DNA of 64,000 bases from Marsupella aquatica (GCA_973895155.1 OZ316893.1:1736860-1800859), one strand, 5' to 3'; positions 12,725 to 26,062 are shown, counted from the first letter of the stretch. A program made the numbers and translations. The notes: generated by a model not told the origin, from the letters alone.

Positions 12725-14497
12725 GTCGTCTTTCCCAGGGTCTTCCCTTGGCAAGTACATTGGACGTAGTACACACGAACAACGTGATCTTGTCCCCCCT
12801 GTCTCCCTCTGTTGGTCTGGGAGGCATGAAATATTCAACGACAAGGACCACACTAACGTCAGACATGTACCTTGTTCAAAAGTTATTGCATCCAGGCAGG
12901 GCATAGTTTTGATGGATTTGATTTGTAATTCCTTCCTTAGTTAGGAGTCCATTTGGAGTGAATATGTGGCCTTTAGGACCTCTTGTCCCCGCTCTCATGA
13001 TCTAGACTATTCACATCATACATTGCCTTTCTCCATACAAAATCTTGTGAAACTCATGATATTGTCTTCAACTCTAAGCTCCTCAATCAGTGCATTTTTT
13101 AGTCCACTTGTTCTAGGACATTCAAAGGGTTCTCTTTCCCAAGGTCTTCCTTTGGCAAGTACATTGGACACAGTACACATCAACAGGAAGACATACATGA
13201 TCCTGTCCCCTGCAGTACACATCAACAAAAAGACATACATGATCCGTCCCCTATCCCTCTGTCCCTCCTGTCTCCCTCTGGTGGTCTGGGAGACATGAGA
13301 TATTCAACGACAAGGACCATGGGAATGTCAAACATACCTTGTTCAAAAGTTATCCCATCCAGTGAGGGCACAATTTCAATGGATTTCATTTATAATTCCT
13401 TCCTTAGTTAAGAGTCCATTTGGAGTGGATATGTGGCCTTTAGGACCTCTTGTCCTCGCTCTCATGATCCAGGCTATTCACATCATACATTGCCTTTGTC
13501 CATGCCAAATCTTGTGAAACTCATGATATTTATCTTCAATTTTAAACTCCTCAGTCACTGCATTTTTTAGTCCACTTTTTCTAGGACATTCAAACGGTTC
13601 TCTTTCCCAGAGTCTTCCCTCGGCAAGTACATTGGACGTAGTACACATCAATAGGAAGATATACATGATCCTGTCCCTCGCCGTACACATCAACAACAAA
13701 ACATACATGATCCTGTCCCTCTGTCCCTCCCGTCTCCCTCTGGTGGTCTGGGAGACATGAGATATTGAACAACAAGGACCATGGGAATGTCAAACATACC
13801 TTGTTCAAAATTTATCCTATCCAGGCAGGGCACGGTTTCAATGGATTTCATTTGCAAGTCCTTCCTTAGTTAAGAGTCCATTTGGAGTGGATATGTGGCC
13901 TTTAGGACCTCTTGTCCTTGCTCTCATGATCCAGATTGTTCACATCATACATTGCCTTTCTCCATACAAAATCTTGTGAAACTCATGATATTTATCTTCA
14001 ACTTTAAACTCCTCAGTCACTACATTTTTTAGTCCACTTTTTCTAGGACATTCAAACGGTTCTCTTTCCCAAGGTCTTCCCTTGGCAAGTACATTGGACG
14101 CAGTACACATCAACAGGAAGACATACATGATCCTGTCCCCCGCCGTACACATCAACAAGAAGACATACATGATCCTGTCCCCCTATCCCTCTGTCCCTCC
14201 TGTCTCCCTCTGGTGGTCTGGGAGACATGAGATATTCAACGACAAGGACCATGGGATTGTCAAACATACCTTGTTCAAAAGTTATCCCATCCAATGAGGG
14301 CACAATTTCAATGGATTTCATTTATAATTTCTTCCTTAGTTAAGAGTCCATTTGGAGTGGATATGTGGCCTTTAGGACCTCTTTTCCCCGCTCTCATGAT
14401 CCAGATTGTTCACATCATACGTTGCCTTTGTCCATACAAAATCTTGTGAAACTCATGATATTTGTCTTCAACTTTAAATTCCTCAGTCATTGCATTG
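12725..14497. repeat. ~465-bp tandem repeat, about 3.8 copies
   Basis: TAGGACCTCTT.TCC..GCTCTCATGATC recurs at about 12975, 13441, 13903 and 14373. The same minus-strand peptide (MYVFLLMCT...KGRPWEREPFECPR) appears in three units. Confidence 0.95.
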
Positions 14498-16145
14498 TAA
14501 GTCCATTGGCATAGATCCTAAAGCTGCAACATTGACTGTAAACCCTACAGCATGATGTTTTGGCAGAAAGACACAATTAAGTCAAAATCTTTCCTTGTTC
14601 TGGCTTGTTGTGGCTAAGCACACGAGAAACACACTACCTGGTGGAAAGGGGAGGTTACTGGGGAGGACAATTGAATTGGAGCCTATTATGACTCTCAACA
14701 TGGTACATATATTCTACAATTGAACAGTTTGCCTTACACCAATTGTCACAGCCAAACTTTTGACACAAAAATGTTGGGAGGGTCGCATCTGATAACTTAT
14801 TTTGTTTGTTTTGAAAGATACTTTATTTGAACAAACAAGACTCAAACAATGAACTTCAAGCCTGGACAAGCCAAGGACCAAAGTATACTTTTGGTGTGGC
14901 TGCCAATTGCAAAGACCTCTATAGATTGCAGGCCAGGCCCACTAGGTGAAACTCAATAAGCCCAAGGGGGTTTGCATCACCTCCAAACTAGATCCACGAA
15001 ACCTGAACACCAGTTTGTCATCTCCAAGAGTGTAGTGCATTCCCTTCTTAGCCACAATGAGGGTGATAATGTGCAGCTTAGCTTGAGGTCCTCATTAATC
15101 TTCTCCCATTCCTCACTAATCTAAATCCATAGCATGTGCCACAAGTACACAATGATGGACACCAATGAGGTAGACACTATTTGCATGAAGCCAGTGAAAT
15201 GCATCTTCCAAGTCTGCCATCTAGTAGCTGCCCAAATGATATGCCACCGCTTTCTTGAAAATTAAATAGTGGCTAGTAAGGAAACAATTTCTGCAGGAGT
15301 TATTAGTAGTGACAAGAGTAAAATGTAATTGCTCCTTAGACTCAGGAACTGCACCATTCTCCAAATTGAATGCTAGACATCCTCTGACTCCGTACAAGTG
15401 CAGAAGTAGTGTGAAATATCTTGGTGCTCGTGTGCGGTGCAAAGCCTTGGGCAACTTTTCAACCTCTGGGGTGCAAAATTAATTGCCACATATGGCAAAG
15501 TTTGAGTTCTATTTATGCATATATTGTTTTCAAAGTTTACCAGACAACAAAAAGTCCAGTTCTCTAGTTGATTAGACTCATCACTGTCGGTGATCAAATC
15601 CGGGATCAAATCAGAATATCTAGCAACAAGATGCCCAGATGAGGCATCCAATGCAAATTTTGGATTTGTAAAGACTTTGATTAGTTTTGGCTTAGTATTT
15701 TTGAGAGCATTTATTTTCTACAATACAAACCTCACTTTGAGGAGGGACTTATGTAGATGACCCATCAATCTAGGCATGTGTAACTCAAAATATATAAGTT
15801 TTACCATGTGAAACAAAAACTGACCTTAAATTGTGGCATTTTAACTGATTCTTTCTTTACACACTATGATGTGACCTCATTTCAAGTGATTAAAATTTTT
15901 CTCTTTGCAAACTCACTCAAGCTGACGTCAAGTGTAGGTAAGCTCAAGCTATGGTTACATGCATTAATTGTGGGCCATAATATCCCCTCAAACTAAGTTC
16001 ACGACGAAACTCAAGCTCAAGGCTCATTAAGAGCCTCCGTAAGTAGCTGCCCACATACAAGCCCGGGGGAGTAAAAACAAATCAAGTGTCAAGAGGGTAT
16101 GAATGAATCACACTTTTGGGTAGGAGGAATGATAAAAGCTTCCTT

Positions 16146-16213
16146 TGCTGGCAGGATTAAAACCCAAGACCTCCCCTACCCCACTGAGCACCTCTACCAT
16201 GCAGCCTATAGGC
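16146..16213 (-). mobile_element. Degenerate tRNA-derived (SINE head-like) segment
   Basis: Minus strand reads TAGGCTGCATGGTAGAG (A-box-like) ... GAGGTCTTGGGTTTTAATCCTGCC (B-box/T-arm-like) at tRNA-like spacing. Confidence 0.4.
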
Positions 16214-17348
16214 AGCTGGTGACCACAGTGCATCGCCCCCTGTATTTAACCCTATTCTCACGTCACAGGAAGTGGGCAGCGGGCAACTTAGTATGGGCTA
16301 ATTTCATTGATTAGCGTTGATCTTGAGTCTTGTACCTAATCAAATTGAGGGCTCAATCCAACTTAAAGCATTCATTGGTAGTTCTGGCTTCCCAGTGAAC
16401 TACTGTCGGAAAGTGCTTCAAAATCTGGCAGCTTTGCAAAGGAATGCAGACTAGCGGAGATAGGAATGTGTGAAAACTTTTAAGAAAGACCATAGAATTG
16501 CATTCATTTAGTAGGCCGGAGTGATGGTCAACAAAAACTTAATTTGCCCAATTAGCCAGAATACCAACTTTACATCAATTTGTGACTCCCCAAACTCTGT
16601 CCCTGGAATTGCTATTCTCCATATTCACGATTCTCCAGATTCATGAGCACCTCTGCCCTATTTTCCGGAAAGGACTGCTCATAGTTTAGATGATAGGAAC
16701 TTTCCTCAAAGTGTTTGGTCTATCATGCTCTCCACCCTAACTGCCACTAGCCATATAACGGGGGGAAGAGACCAAGACTTCTCTCTTTGTCCCATTCCAC
16801 TCATTCCTTCCCTTTACCATGCCAATTTGCTTCACAATTTCAGAAAAAGAGTAATATTAATGGTGAAACCTAGTGGATCCAGGTTTTGTCATGGCTAGTG
16901 GTGGTTTAACTGGGAACACAATGCACTTCCTGGGAGTCGCCTCTTGCCCCAATTTTTCCTGTTTGTGCCTGGGGTTCTTCAGTCTTTCAGTGAGAGTCAG
17001 GCAAAACACAAATGCAACTTAGAGATTGCAATTCACTACATCACACTCGCCATTGAATGATGCCACGATCAGGCCATAGTTGAACCCCTGGAGCTAGCTG
17101 CCAGGCAATAGTACCCCAGCGGTAGCTTGGTTTACAATTCTCAACTGCAAAATGCCATGTTTACTTGCTTCCAGACTTTAGTGGGTGACCTTCAAAATTT
17201 CTCAACCAGAATTTTTCTTGGTCTGTTTTTAATGGTATTTCTCTAATACCTAACAAAAACATGTGCTTGCCAATATCAATAGAGAATGCTATTTTTGGGG
17301 CATGTTGCCTAATGTGAAAGTGAAGCAAGCCCACCATGTTGGACACAC

Positions 17349-17735
17349 TGTTCCCATGGACCACATTTTGGTGGTCCATCGAAGTTTTGGGCTTATAAGT
17401 TGATGATTATGAGTCTTCATTATTTTCAAGTTTTCACATGCAAGGTAACTAGAGAAGGAGGAGAAAAAAAAACACAAGCCCTAATATTTTATATCAACAC
17501 AATGTAATTGATTTGAAAGAATTTACCCCTCTGCTTTCCATGATGAATAATTTAACCAAAATGGCCAAAACATTCACTCACTTTGATGGAAGTGTAGCTT
17601 ACCTCCTCCTCTAGCACATCCTCAAAATTAGAAAAGATTTTTCTCATGAACATAAGTTATTGCAATTAAACTCAAATTTTGGGAAATGTGGTCCATGAGG
17701 ATTTGAAAATACCAATGTTGTGGTCCATGGAAACA
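17349..17735. mobile_element. MITE-like element, copy 1
   Basis: ~17-bp TIRs TGTTCCCATGGACCACA / TGTGGTCCATGGAAACA. The internal sequence aligns with 39110-39498. Confidence 0.65.
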
Positions 17736-19441
17736 TCATGTTCTGCCTAATGTATGGATATGGTGTCTGAAATTTAGTTTTCTCCACATTTCCCAAACTG
17801 ACAGCATATTTTACTAGCCTACCAGTTTTTGGAGGTGAAATTCTAGAGCTGACACTAATTTGTTTTTAGCTATTTATTATGTGCGCTGACAAGATTAAGA
17901 CTGCTTCCACCCTGTTTCCAGGAGAATGTAGGTTATATAATGTCCTGAAAACAAGGGCCTTAACCCAAGTTTTGAGGGTCTATTATTGCCCATAATACTA
18001 TAGTGCTATGGTGTGATCACAATTTATCCCTCACTTTTTCTACTTTGAACTTTCGTTCTGTTTCTCCATTCTTCAGTTAATTAATACAACCCCAATTCCA
18101 TGCAAGTCCCATTTTTCACTCTGTTTCTCCATTCTTCACTTAAATTAAGACAACCCAAATTCCGTGCGAGTTCAGACTTTATTTCTTTACAAAGAGACAA
18201 GTAAACGACAAATCGTGTTCTTCTCCATAAAAATATTCAGGCAGCATTTGGAGATGAAACCGGGTGTCAAACCGGGTGTCAAACCGTGCGTCCGGGCAGC
18301 GGGTAGCGTGTGCCGGAGGGTCCCACCGAACAGCGGACACACTCGAGGGAAATTTTTTCCGAAGACGGAGATAGGTTTTTTTACATTTTCGTAAACTCCG
18401 CATTCTCTGGGCCCAAAATCTCTGATGAGACCGACAAGCGGGCGGTACCGTACGGTGCAGACCACATGCCGCCCGGTCGAAAAGGACTTCCAGTCCTCCG
18501 TACCGTCCATCGTGTAGAAGGGAGTACAATTTCACATCCTCGTGTTTCTCAGCAGCCGTCACCCATCCCCCTCGACGGCCGTCCGATCTGGAGATGGACG
18601 GCTGGAAGCATCAGTCGATGGATGTCGAAAGAGAAGGCGGCACAGCCGTCGACGGAGGTACGGGCATTGAAAACGGAATCTCTTTACTGGACCGTCGGTC
18701 AGCTTGGAAACAGCTTGTGTCCTCATGTCATGCGGATGTGCATTCATACATCGACACAGGAGGACATGCATGCATCCCCGCCGTATGCCAATGAATGCCC
18801 TACACGGCGGAGAGCATTGTACTGTACCTGTTTTGTGATTTTGGTTTTACATGGGCGGGCAGCAAACAAAATGTCCAAGTCGACAATATAAAACAGATTA
18901 ATTTCATGTCCCGGGCAGCAGCTGCGAGCAAAACGTCCGTTTACAGGAGATAAATTTCAAAAAACGGTTTTACCTGGAACCGGGTAACAGTTTGCGAATA
19001 TTTTCCGATCCGGGCAGGTGGTTCCGTGCCCGGGTCCACCTGGATAATGCCGCCATCACACATCGGTAATCAGCATCTCAAGGGGTATTATTATTTTGTG
19101 CGATGTGATGCGATGTGATGGGTTCGTCTCCAGTGAGGAGACTTACAGGTGACAACTGATACGGTATTTTCTGGTAAGATAGATACGTATGGTCCACGGT
19201 AAAACAAAACTGATATTTAATGTCAAGAAAAGTATAGAATAATCTAATCAAGCATAGACTTAAACGGCCAGGAAAATTAAAAGGTATGAGACAAAATTAG
19301 CTGCACCTGAGATGAGTGCGACGAATAACAGTTGCCAACAGGTTATGATGATTGTGTCAGGGTTTTTGTAACGGCGGAGCTGCTTTGTTTTGAAACAAAT
19401 TTTCAAGAGCAGTTAAGCCATGTGTGAGTTTCTGACTTTCA

Positions 19442-19595
19442 GATAGATAATTGATGGACCCTCAAAATACAAAGTGTTTCTTGATGGACCCATGAGTGAC
19501 CCAAACCATTGATAGATCTCAAATTAATGTACCCAAAAGTTCATGGGGTTTATCAAGCAAGATATTTCAATTTAGGGGGACATCAAATATATCTC
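19442..19595. mobile_element. Short Mutator-like MITE
   Basis: Imperfect TIRs GATAGATAATTGATGGACCCTCAAAAT / ATTTAGGGGGACATCAAATATATCTC. Similar to 38860-39026 and to the ends of 44384-45381. Confidence 0.6.
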
Positions 19596-19924
19596 TCGTT
19601 GACTATCCATCAATGCAGATTTTTTTTAAAGGTAACTAGTGGCCTGGAGGAGATTAAGAGCCAACTTGCAGCCCCTAAGCATTGAGGCCCTTAGCACTTG
19701 CAAAATGATTGGGAAAAAGCAGATTTGCATGCTGCCCCGCAACGTGTCAAGTGCACAAGGCTGGTCGTGTCACTCTGTTGTTGTTACCCCCTGAAGCTTT
19801 TTAGAGAAAACATTTTGTTCTATTATGAATTTGAGGCCCTGCCAGGATCTGAAAGGCAGGAATGTGAGGCCTGGCACAGGATGGCGGTCAGGCATGTAAT
19901 TTTTTCTCCCTTATATTTTGGCAT

Positions 19925-21908
19925 GAGGTACGTTTAGAGCCGCATTCTTCAAGGTCGCTCACATCTGACTTTTTATGAAACATGTTTGATTAGACCCCAA
20001 AATGAAAAATGTTACTTGATAAGACCACCGGGTGATTTAGACTGTTGATTGACTTTGATAGACCTTGAATGGATGTATCCAGAACCTCAAGGGTCCTATC
20101 AAGTAAGGAGGAACCAAAGTGACCCCAAAATGAAAATATGTTACTTGATAAGACCACTGAGTGGTCCCATCAAGTAAGGAGGAACCCAAGTGAACCCAAA
20201 ATGAAAAACCTTACTTGATAAGACCACTGAGTGACCCATCAAGTAAGGAGGAACCCAAGTGACCCCAAAATGAAATATGTTACTTGATAAGACCACTAGT
20301 GGTCCTATCAAGTAAGAAGGATCCCAAGTGACTCCAAAATGAAATATGTTATTTGATAACTAAGACCAGTGAGTGATTTAGAGTTTGATAGACCTTGAAT
20401 GGATGTATACAAAAATGCAAGGGTCCTATCAAGTAAGGAGGAACGCAAGTGGTCCTATCATGGGTTTGCATGTGAGGAACCCTTGAACTGGAGTAGAATA
20501 ATTAAGGGCTATTACCCATGAGGGTGTGGTGGAAGGTTTGAAGAAAGTTTAATGCTCAGATTGAACAACTCCCATGAACCCTTGCAAGTACCAATTGCAA
20601 CCCAGATGGAGCAGGTTACTGTTGGCCACATAAGTATGGACTTTCTTGAGGAGAAAAACTGCTATATGAGTACAAAAAAGTTGTCGCTAAGGTCCATCTG
20701 GGTTAAGTTGATCCATACATAAGTTTCGTCAAACGTTTAGGTCCATCGGAGCCTTCCGTTTCGAGTGTTGTAACATGATTGTTACCACTGACGCAACTTT
20801 AATTCCATAAATCGCGCTCTGCAAGATTTAATTCGTTTCTCAATCAAAATAATTGTTGCACTGCTCATCACACGGTACTGTACAGTACTTTTGCGGGTCC
20901 AAGATCATTTTTATATTTACTAAGGTTTTTTTTCCCCAACTTTGCTTCTTTTTTGGGGGGGGCTTTACGGATTGAAAATAAAATAATATTATACTGCAGC
21001 CCGAAAAGTACAACCGACGGTAACGGGCAGCGCTCTGCAACAGTCGTTGTCTGTCGCTCTGTTTTACTAAAGTTTTACAACGTGCCCGGAGAAGGGGCTA
21101 GATTCACGGAATCCAGCACAGTAGTGTCTCATAGTTCGTCCGGGATTCTCCGTCGGTCCCGTCGGGAATCTCGGTACTTTTGACGGTGTCATAAGATTCA
21201 CTTCCGGCTATGCTCTACCGTCAAGTCATTGTAGAGAGCGAGACTAACACCGACAGTGGAATAACCACGGTTGATGAAGTGGGACCACAACATTGTAATA
21301 AACCCCCAGAAGTAAAGCTAAAAATAGTGTTAATCGCCCCACATTTATTTCCTTTGTTTGTTGAAGCCGGACAGACCCTGAGACATGGGGACATTTGAAG
21401 TGACATTAGCTCCTGTTCCATGATGATGGTGGTCGACCTTTGGTGCAGTGGAATGGACCATTCTAAAGCCGTCGTCACACAGTTTGAACTCAGGTTAAGG
21501 GATGGGAGGTGAGGGTTGGGAGCCTGGGGCGGTGTTGGTAAAGCAAATGAGGGCTACACTACTACAGTATTTCCCTGGCTGACAAAGCGGGCAAATTTTG
21601 GGAAAGATGGACATTGGCCACTGAAGTGCTGGAGATACTCTTAACTATGCAATTAAAATGGAGCTAGGTTTTTTCATACTGGAATTTCCCCTTCTGTTTG
21701 GAGGAAGTGTTAGGTGATAGGATCCCTGAGGTTTTGGGTACATAGATTCAAGGTCTAACAAGGTCAATCAACTGTCTGCATCACTCAGGGGTCTTATAAA
21801 GTAATAATTCTGGATCACTCAGGGGTCTTATAAAGTAATAATTTTGGATCACTCAGGAGTCTTATCAAGTAACAGTTTTCATTTTGGGTCCCATCGAGCA
21901 AGTACCTC
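19925..21908. mobile_element. ~2-kb Mutator-like element with long TIRs and amplified subterminal repeats
   Basis: About 19985-20105 is the inverted counterpart of about 21715-21908. Ends GAGGTAC...GTACCTC. ~70-bp tandem units at 20110-20465 and ~34-bp units at 21780-21870. No clear TSD. Confidence 0.65.
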
Positions 21909-24202
21909 ATTCTGCTTGCCAAATTCTTATCTTGCTAAGAAGCTTAGTTGCCAGATCAAACGGTTCTCCTTAAATGAAGGGAAATCTAACAACTCAATGC
22001 ACAAGCCAGAAATTTTATCACAAGTGGCTTGTGTGGCCCTCTCATTAGGCCTTTTCACAAGGTTTCTTGGCTTTGTGTTTTGTCAGTGTTCAACTTCTTT
22101 GGTTGGTGTAACTGAGGGCCTTCTTCTACCTGGGCCTTCATCATGCTGAAGGCATGTGTATTTTTGCAGTAAAGGGGCTTCCGATTTCAAAAGGTAATAA
22201 ACAATGGATGAGAGGGTGGGAGTGGTACAGGGTGGCTACCTGGCTCCCCCAACTATCAGGATTTATGGCGAATTGGCCAAGGGTCAGCTATGTTTTGTGC
22301 CTGTTTTTTTTTAAAACTTCCCCATAATTGCCATTTGAAGAAGCTGCACACGAGAAACTGGGGTCAGAATTTGAATAATTTCTGCCAATAAAAACACCCT
22401 GTTTTCTCAGCTAATTAATCACATGGGTTGGTGAGGGAGCAAGCTTGCTCCTCTTGACCATGGTCAAAGGATCTATATGGCCTTTGCATGGTCAAGTGCT
22501 CCCGAAAATGGTGAGCTCATCTTGGCGGCCCCGTTCATGGGTACCATGTGTGACTTAGTCTTGTGCATTGAAAAGACAATATTATATCTTGAGCAGGGAT
22601 TCTCATTGGGGGCCTATCATCTAACTGAATATTGTGGTATCTTGGAAGCCATGTGGAAGTACCCAAAAGTAAAAGGGATAGACAGATTCAAGGCCATGAT
22701 TGGGAACAAGTAGTTGTTCAAGTTGGACTAGCTCCAGGAATATGGGGAGCACCATAAAAGCCACATAGAGCGTGGGAATGAGTCTTCCCTCATTCTCCTC
22801 ACGTTGAAAGGCATCTTCAAACTTTCGTTCCAAAGAATGAGAGCCAGAGGAGAACAACAAGGAATCTTCCTTCCTATGAAGAAAGTCTTTGTGGTGGTCT
22901 TCTGTGCACTTTTGGTTGAACACGTTGTGTTGTCCCTTTTGAAACTTTGGGTAGCTCCCATAACCCCTTCTCTCCAAAAAGCACTTTTTTTTTAGTATGT
23001 TGTTTTGTCCTTTTGGAGAGTTTGGCGAGCTCCCATGCAGCTTCTCCACAAGCTTCGACAGTTCCATAGCACAGCACACGAATCTTTAGTTGACCTTGGA
23101 GACTTAATTGAAAAGCGAGATTCCTCCTTTTGATTCGAGTTCTTCTTTTGCAGTCATGAACATGTAATGTATGTAATGTGATGAGCAATAAATAAGCTCC
23201 ACTTTCCAGAGTTTTTCTTGCCTTGGAAAAGTTTGTTCTAGCCATCTGTTTCAAATTTGAATGACAGCTTTGTATTTTCTTTTGAGCATTGACCTCTGCT
23301 TGGTCAAAAGGCAAACTTTGTGAAGGAATCATGCTTTAAAAGCTATGGCCAAATTTTCGTTCAAATTCTTTCTGTTTTCAGTGGTTTTCTCTGAAAGTCC
23401 TCGTGCTTTTTTATTGTTCGAAATTGTTTTGTGCAAGCTCCTTCAAATAGTATTTTATGGAGGAACGTGATCAGAGAGTTCAAGAGAAACCTTTGTCAAA
23501 TAAGTGCTCATATAAAGCACTGCCAAAGACAAAGGGCCGCAAATAGACACATGATCCCAAAGTCAAGAGATCCAATAAAGGGAGAACACAAAGGAAAAAC
23601 CCCAAGATGACCAAAGAGCCCAAATGCCCATAGTCCACCAAAGCCCCACTGAAGTAAACTGAAAGGCCTGGTCATGCTTGGAGGGTCACAAAGAGGAATT
23701 TGCCTAGAAGCCCCTCACCAACAGTCTCGGCCTTCCAAAGAGTAATGAATGCCTGAGCCCTCTCTAATGCAACATCCAATCCCGCTTCTAATGAAGCAAT
23801 TGGAAACATTTTTATTTTCGCCAAAATGGCAGTTCGTAAACAGATCACGAGGAAAGAAAGAGGCAGGATTGTGTAGCATCATAGTGTGTAAATATACAAC
23901 TCGAGAATGTCATAACTATGTGATTCTTAAATGAGTAAGGGCAAATAATAGGCATTGGACGAGGGAGACACTAAATTGTCGATAACCTAGGACGTGGTCA
24001 GAATAAGTTTTTGCATAGTCTTCAGTAATACTAATAACAGTCCAAAGACGGTAGAGATCATATCATCCAGTAAAATTGATAGTCCCAAAGCAAAAACCAT
24101 AAACCCTGTTCAACTTTGCCCCAATGGAGATTGTAAGTAGTTGTTGCTTCGACACTGAGGACCTAGGAACTTTGTCAAGCTTTCCACAAGCCCTGCCAAG
24201 GA

Positions 24203-24907
24203 CTAGGCTGCTCCTCTAATTTGAGATCTCCCTTCTACCTTGCCCCTGCAATAAGGACATTGGGCATGGCTCAGAAGCCAAGGCCTGATGCATTCGGGGT
24301 GGTATATGTGATAACAATTGAGCCTGATTACAGTTTGCCCAATGAGGAAGTCGTCATAACATATTGGACACACAGTTTGCTCTTGGAGATAGGCGGAATA
24401 ACATATAGGACCTAGATCGTCTTCAGTCAAATTGTCATTGTTCCCTTCATGTGAAGTACATCTCAGGATGTATCTAGGCAAAGCTTCGATGTCGGCTGTG
24501 TTCAGCCCCTCTGAAAAGTGGAGAGCACTGAAATCCTCCTCGATCACTGGGTCCTCCACCATCATTAGCCCCCGCCAATACGCCGCCAACGCTCTCTCCT
24601 GCTCCTCCCCCCCATTCTCCATCCTTAGTTCCCGCCTCAAGAGCTCCTCGTGCACCGTCAGTGAGTTCACCTGCCTCAATAACCTCATGAGCTCCTCATC
24701 TGCAGTCTCCATCCTTCTCTCCCTCCTCAATATCTCCTCCTCCGCATTCTCCGTACTTCTGTCCCGCCTCAATACCTCCTCCTCCTCCGTCATTGAGTTC
24801 AGCTCCCTCAATAGACCCAATAGATCCCCATTCGAAGTCTCCATCCTTCTCTCCCGTCTCAATAGCGCCTCCTCCCACTCCTGTAGTCTCACCAACTCCT
24901 CTCTCAA
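24203..24907 (-). CDS. RING-H2 zinc-finger (E3 ubiquitin ligase-like) protein with an acidic coiled-coil repeat N-terminus; 5' end uncertain, possibly a pseudogene
   Basis: CPIC-x14-CYH-x2-H-x2-C-x10-CPYC with the conserved W (CIRPWL), preceded by GL...IEALP as in plant RING-H2 proteins. Intronless. The ORF call starts at TTG; the first ATG is at about 24844 and there is an in-frame stop just upstream at about 24975. Confidence 0.75.
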   Translation of the reverse strand: MREELVRLQEWEEALLRRERRMETSNGDLLGLLRELNSMTEEEEVLRRDRSTENAEEEILRRERRMETADEELMRLLRQVNSLTVHEELLRRELRMENGGEEQERALAAYWRGLMMVEDPVIEEDFSALHFSEGLNTADIEALPRYILRCTSHEGNNDNLTEDDLGPICYSAYLQEQTVCPICYDDFLIGQTVIRLNCYHIYHPECIRPWLLSHAQCPYCRGKVEGRSQIRGAA

Positions 24908-26062
24908 TTGCCCTCTCCGCTCGTCATTTCGCCTGATTTGCTCGTTGCTTCGCTGTAGCAGTCTTCCACCTCTCTAATTAGCACCAACTCCTCTCTCAAT
25001 TGTCCTCTCCGCTCGTCATTTCGCCTGATATGCTCGTTGCTTCGCCGTAGCAGGTCTTCCGCCTCTCTCTAATTAGCAGTTATCAACCCGGCAGAAATTG
25101 CGCCAATAAACACTAGTCCCAGCGCTCTGTCGATGGGGAAAGCTCTCGAGGCAAGTCACCTCTACACTGAGAAAGCTCTTGGTGCAAGCAATTTCCACCG
25201 TCCTATAAACCCTGCGGCAAGCACAAAAACTCTCTCTATCAAGAAGCCTTTTGTACAAGCTCCGTGAATGACCAAGCCACGAACCTCTGCTGTACCTCTG
25301 GATGCAGTTCAGAGGCAAATCGGCAAGCATGGAGCTCTCTTCATCAAGAAGCATTTTATAGAAGCTCTCTGAATCACCAAACCACGAACCTCTGTTGTAC
25401 CTCTGGAGGCAGTTCATAGACAAATCGGCAAGCATAGAAGCTCCCTCCATCAAGAAGCCTTTTATAGAAGCTCTCAGAATCACCCAACCAGGAACCTCTG
25501 CTGTACCTCTGGATGCAGTTCATGGGCGAATCGAATTGCATTTTAGTGGCACTTCTGTAATTGCTCGGTCCAAGATCTCCACTAATACGTTGCCACGAGC
25601 TTGCTTATTTTTATCTCTTGTTCACGTGTTCTGAACCCCAGCCCTCCGAATAGCCGCCGTGACAATTCGCCACTCCGCCCATGCCATGCCTCCGCAGGGT
25701 CTTTGCCATCCCCTTCCATTACGTGATTTCAGGCTGCCTACGTCGTTCCGCTCCTCACGTGCGTTCACTCGTCACCGTCATAGCTCGAAGCTCCTCTCCC
25801 GGAAAATGGGGATGCTCTGCGGGTTATTAATAGTATCGATGCAATTGAAATTTGACGTCTGCCTTCTTGACGACGCTATCTGTTTGCCCGCTGTAAGAGC
25901 ACCGATTGTTATTGGTTTATCGTATCGACCCAATTGAATTCGACGTCTGCCTTTTTGAGAACTCTTGACGACGCTATCTGTTTGCCCGCTGTAAGAGCAC
26001 CGATTGTTATTGGTTTCTCGTATCGACCCAATTGAATTCGACGTCTGCCGTTTTGAGAACTT
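24891..26062. repeat. Cluster of tandem duplications 5' of the RING ORF (92 bp x2, ~105 bp x3, ~98 bp x2)
   Basis: ACCAACTCCTCTCTCAATTG at 24891 and 24983. GAACCTCTG.TGTACCTCTGGA at 25281, 25386 and 25492. CTTGACGACGCTATCTG at 25866 and 25964. Confidence 0.9.

Noticed and set aside
16146-16213. Functional tRNA gene
   Set aside because: The B-box is degenerate (GGTTTTAATCC) and there is no convincing cloverleaf; kept only as a SINE-like remnant.
19990-20465. CRISPR-like array of palindromic repeats
   Set aside because: Units are contiguous without unique spacers, the context is a spliced eukaryotic genome with no cas genes, and the motif derives from a TIR.
22400-23400. Overlapping 150-aa ORFs as a gene
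   Set aside because: No recognisable domain or splice structure; probably decayed repeat sequence.
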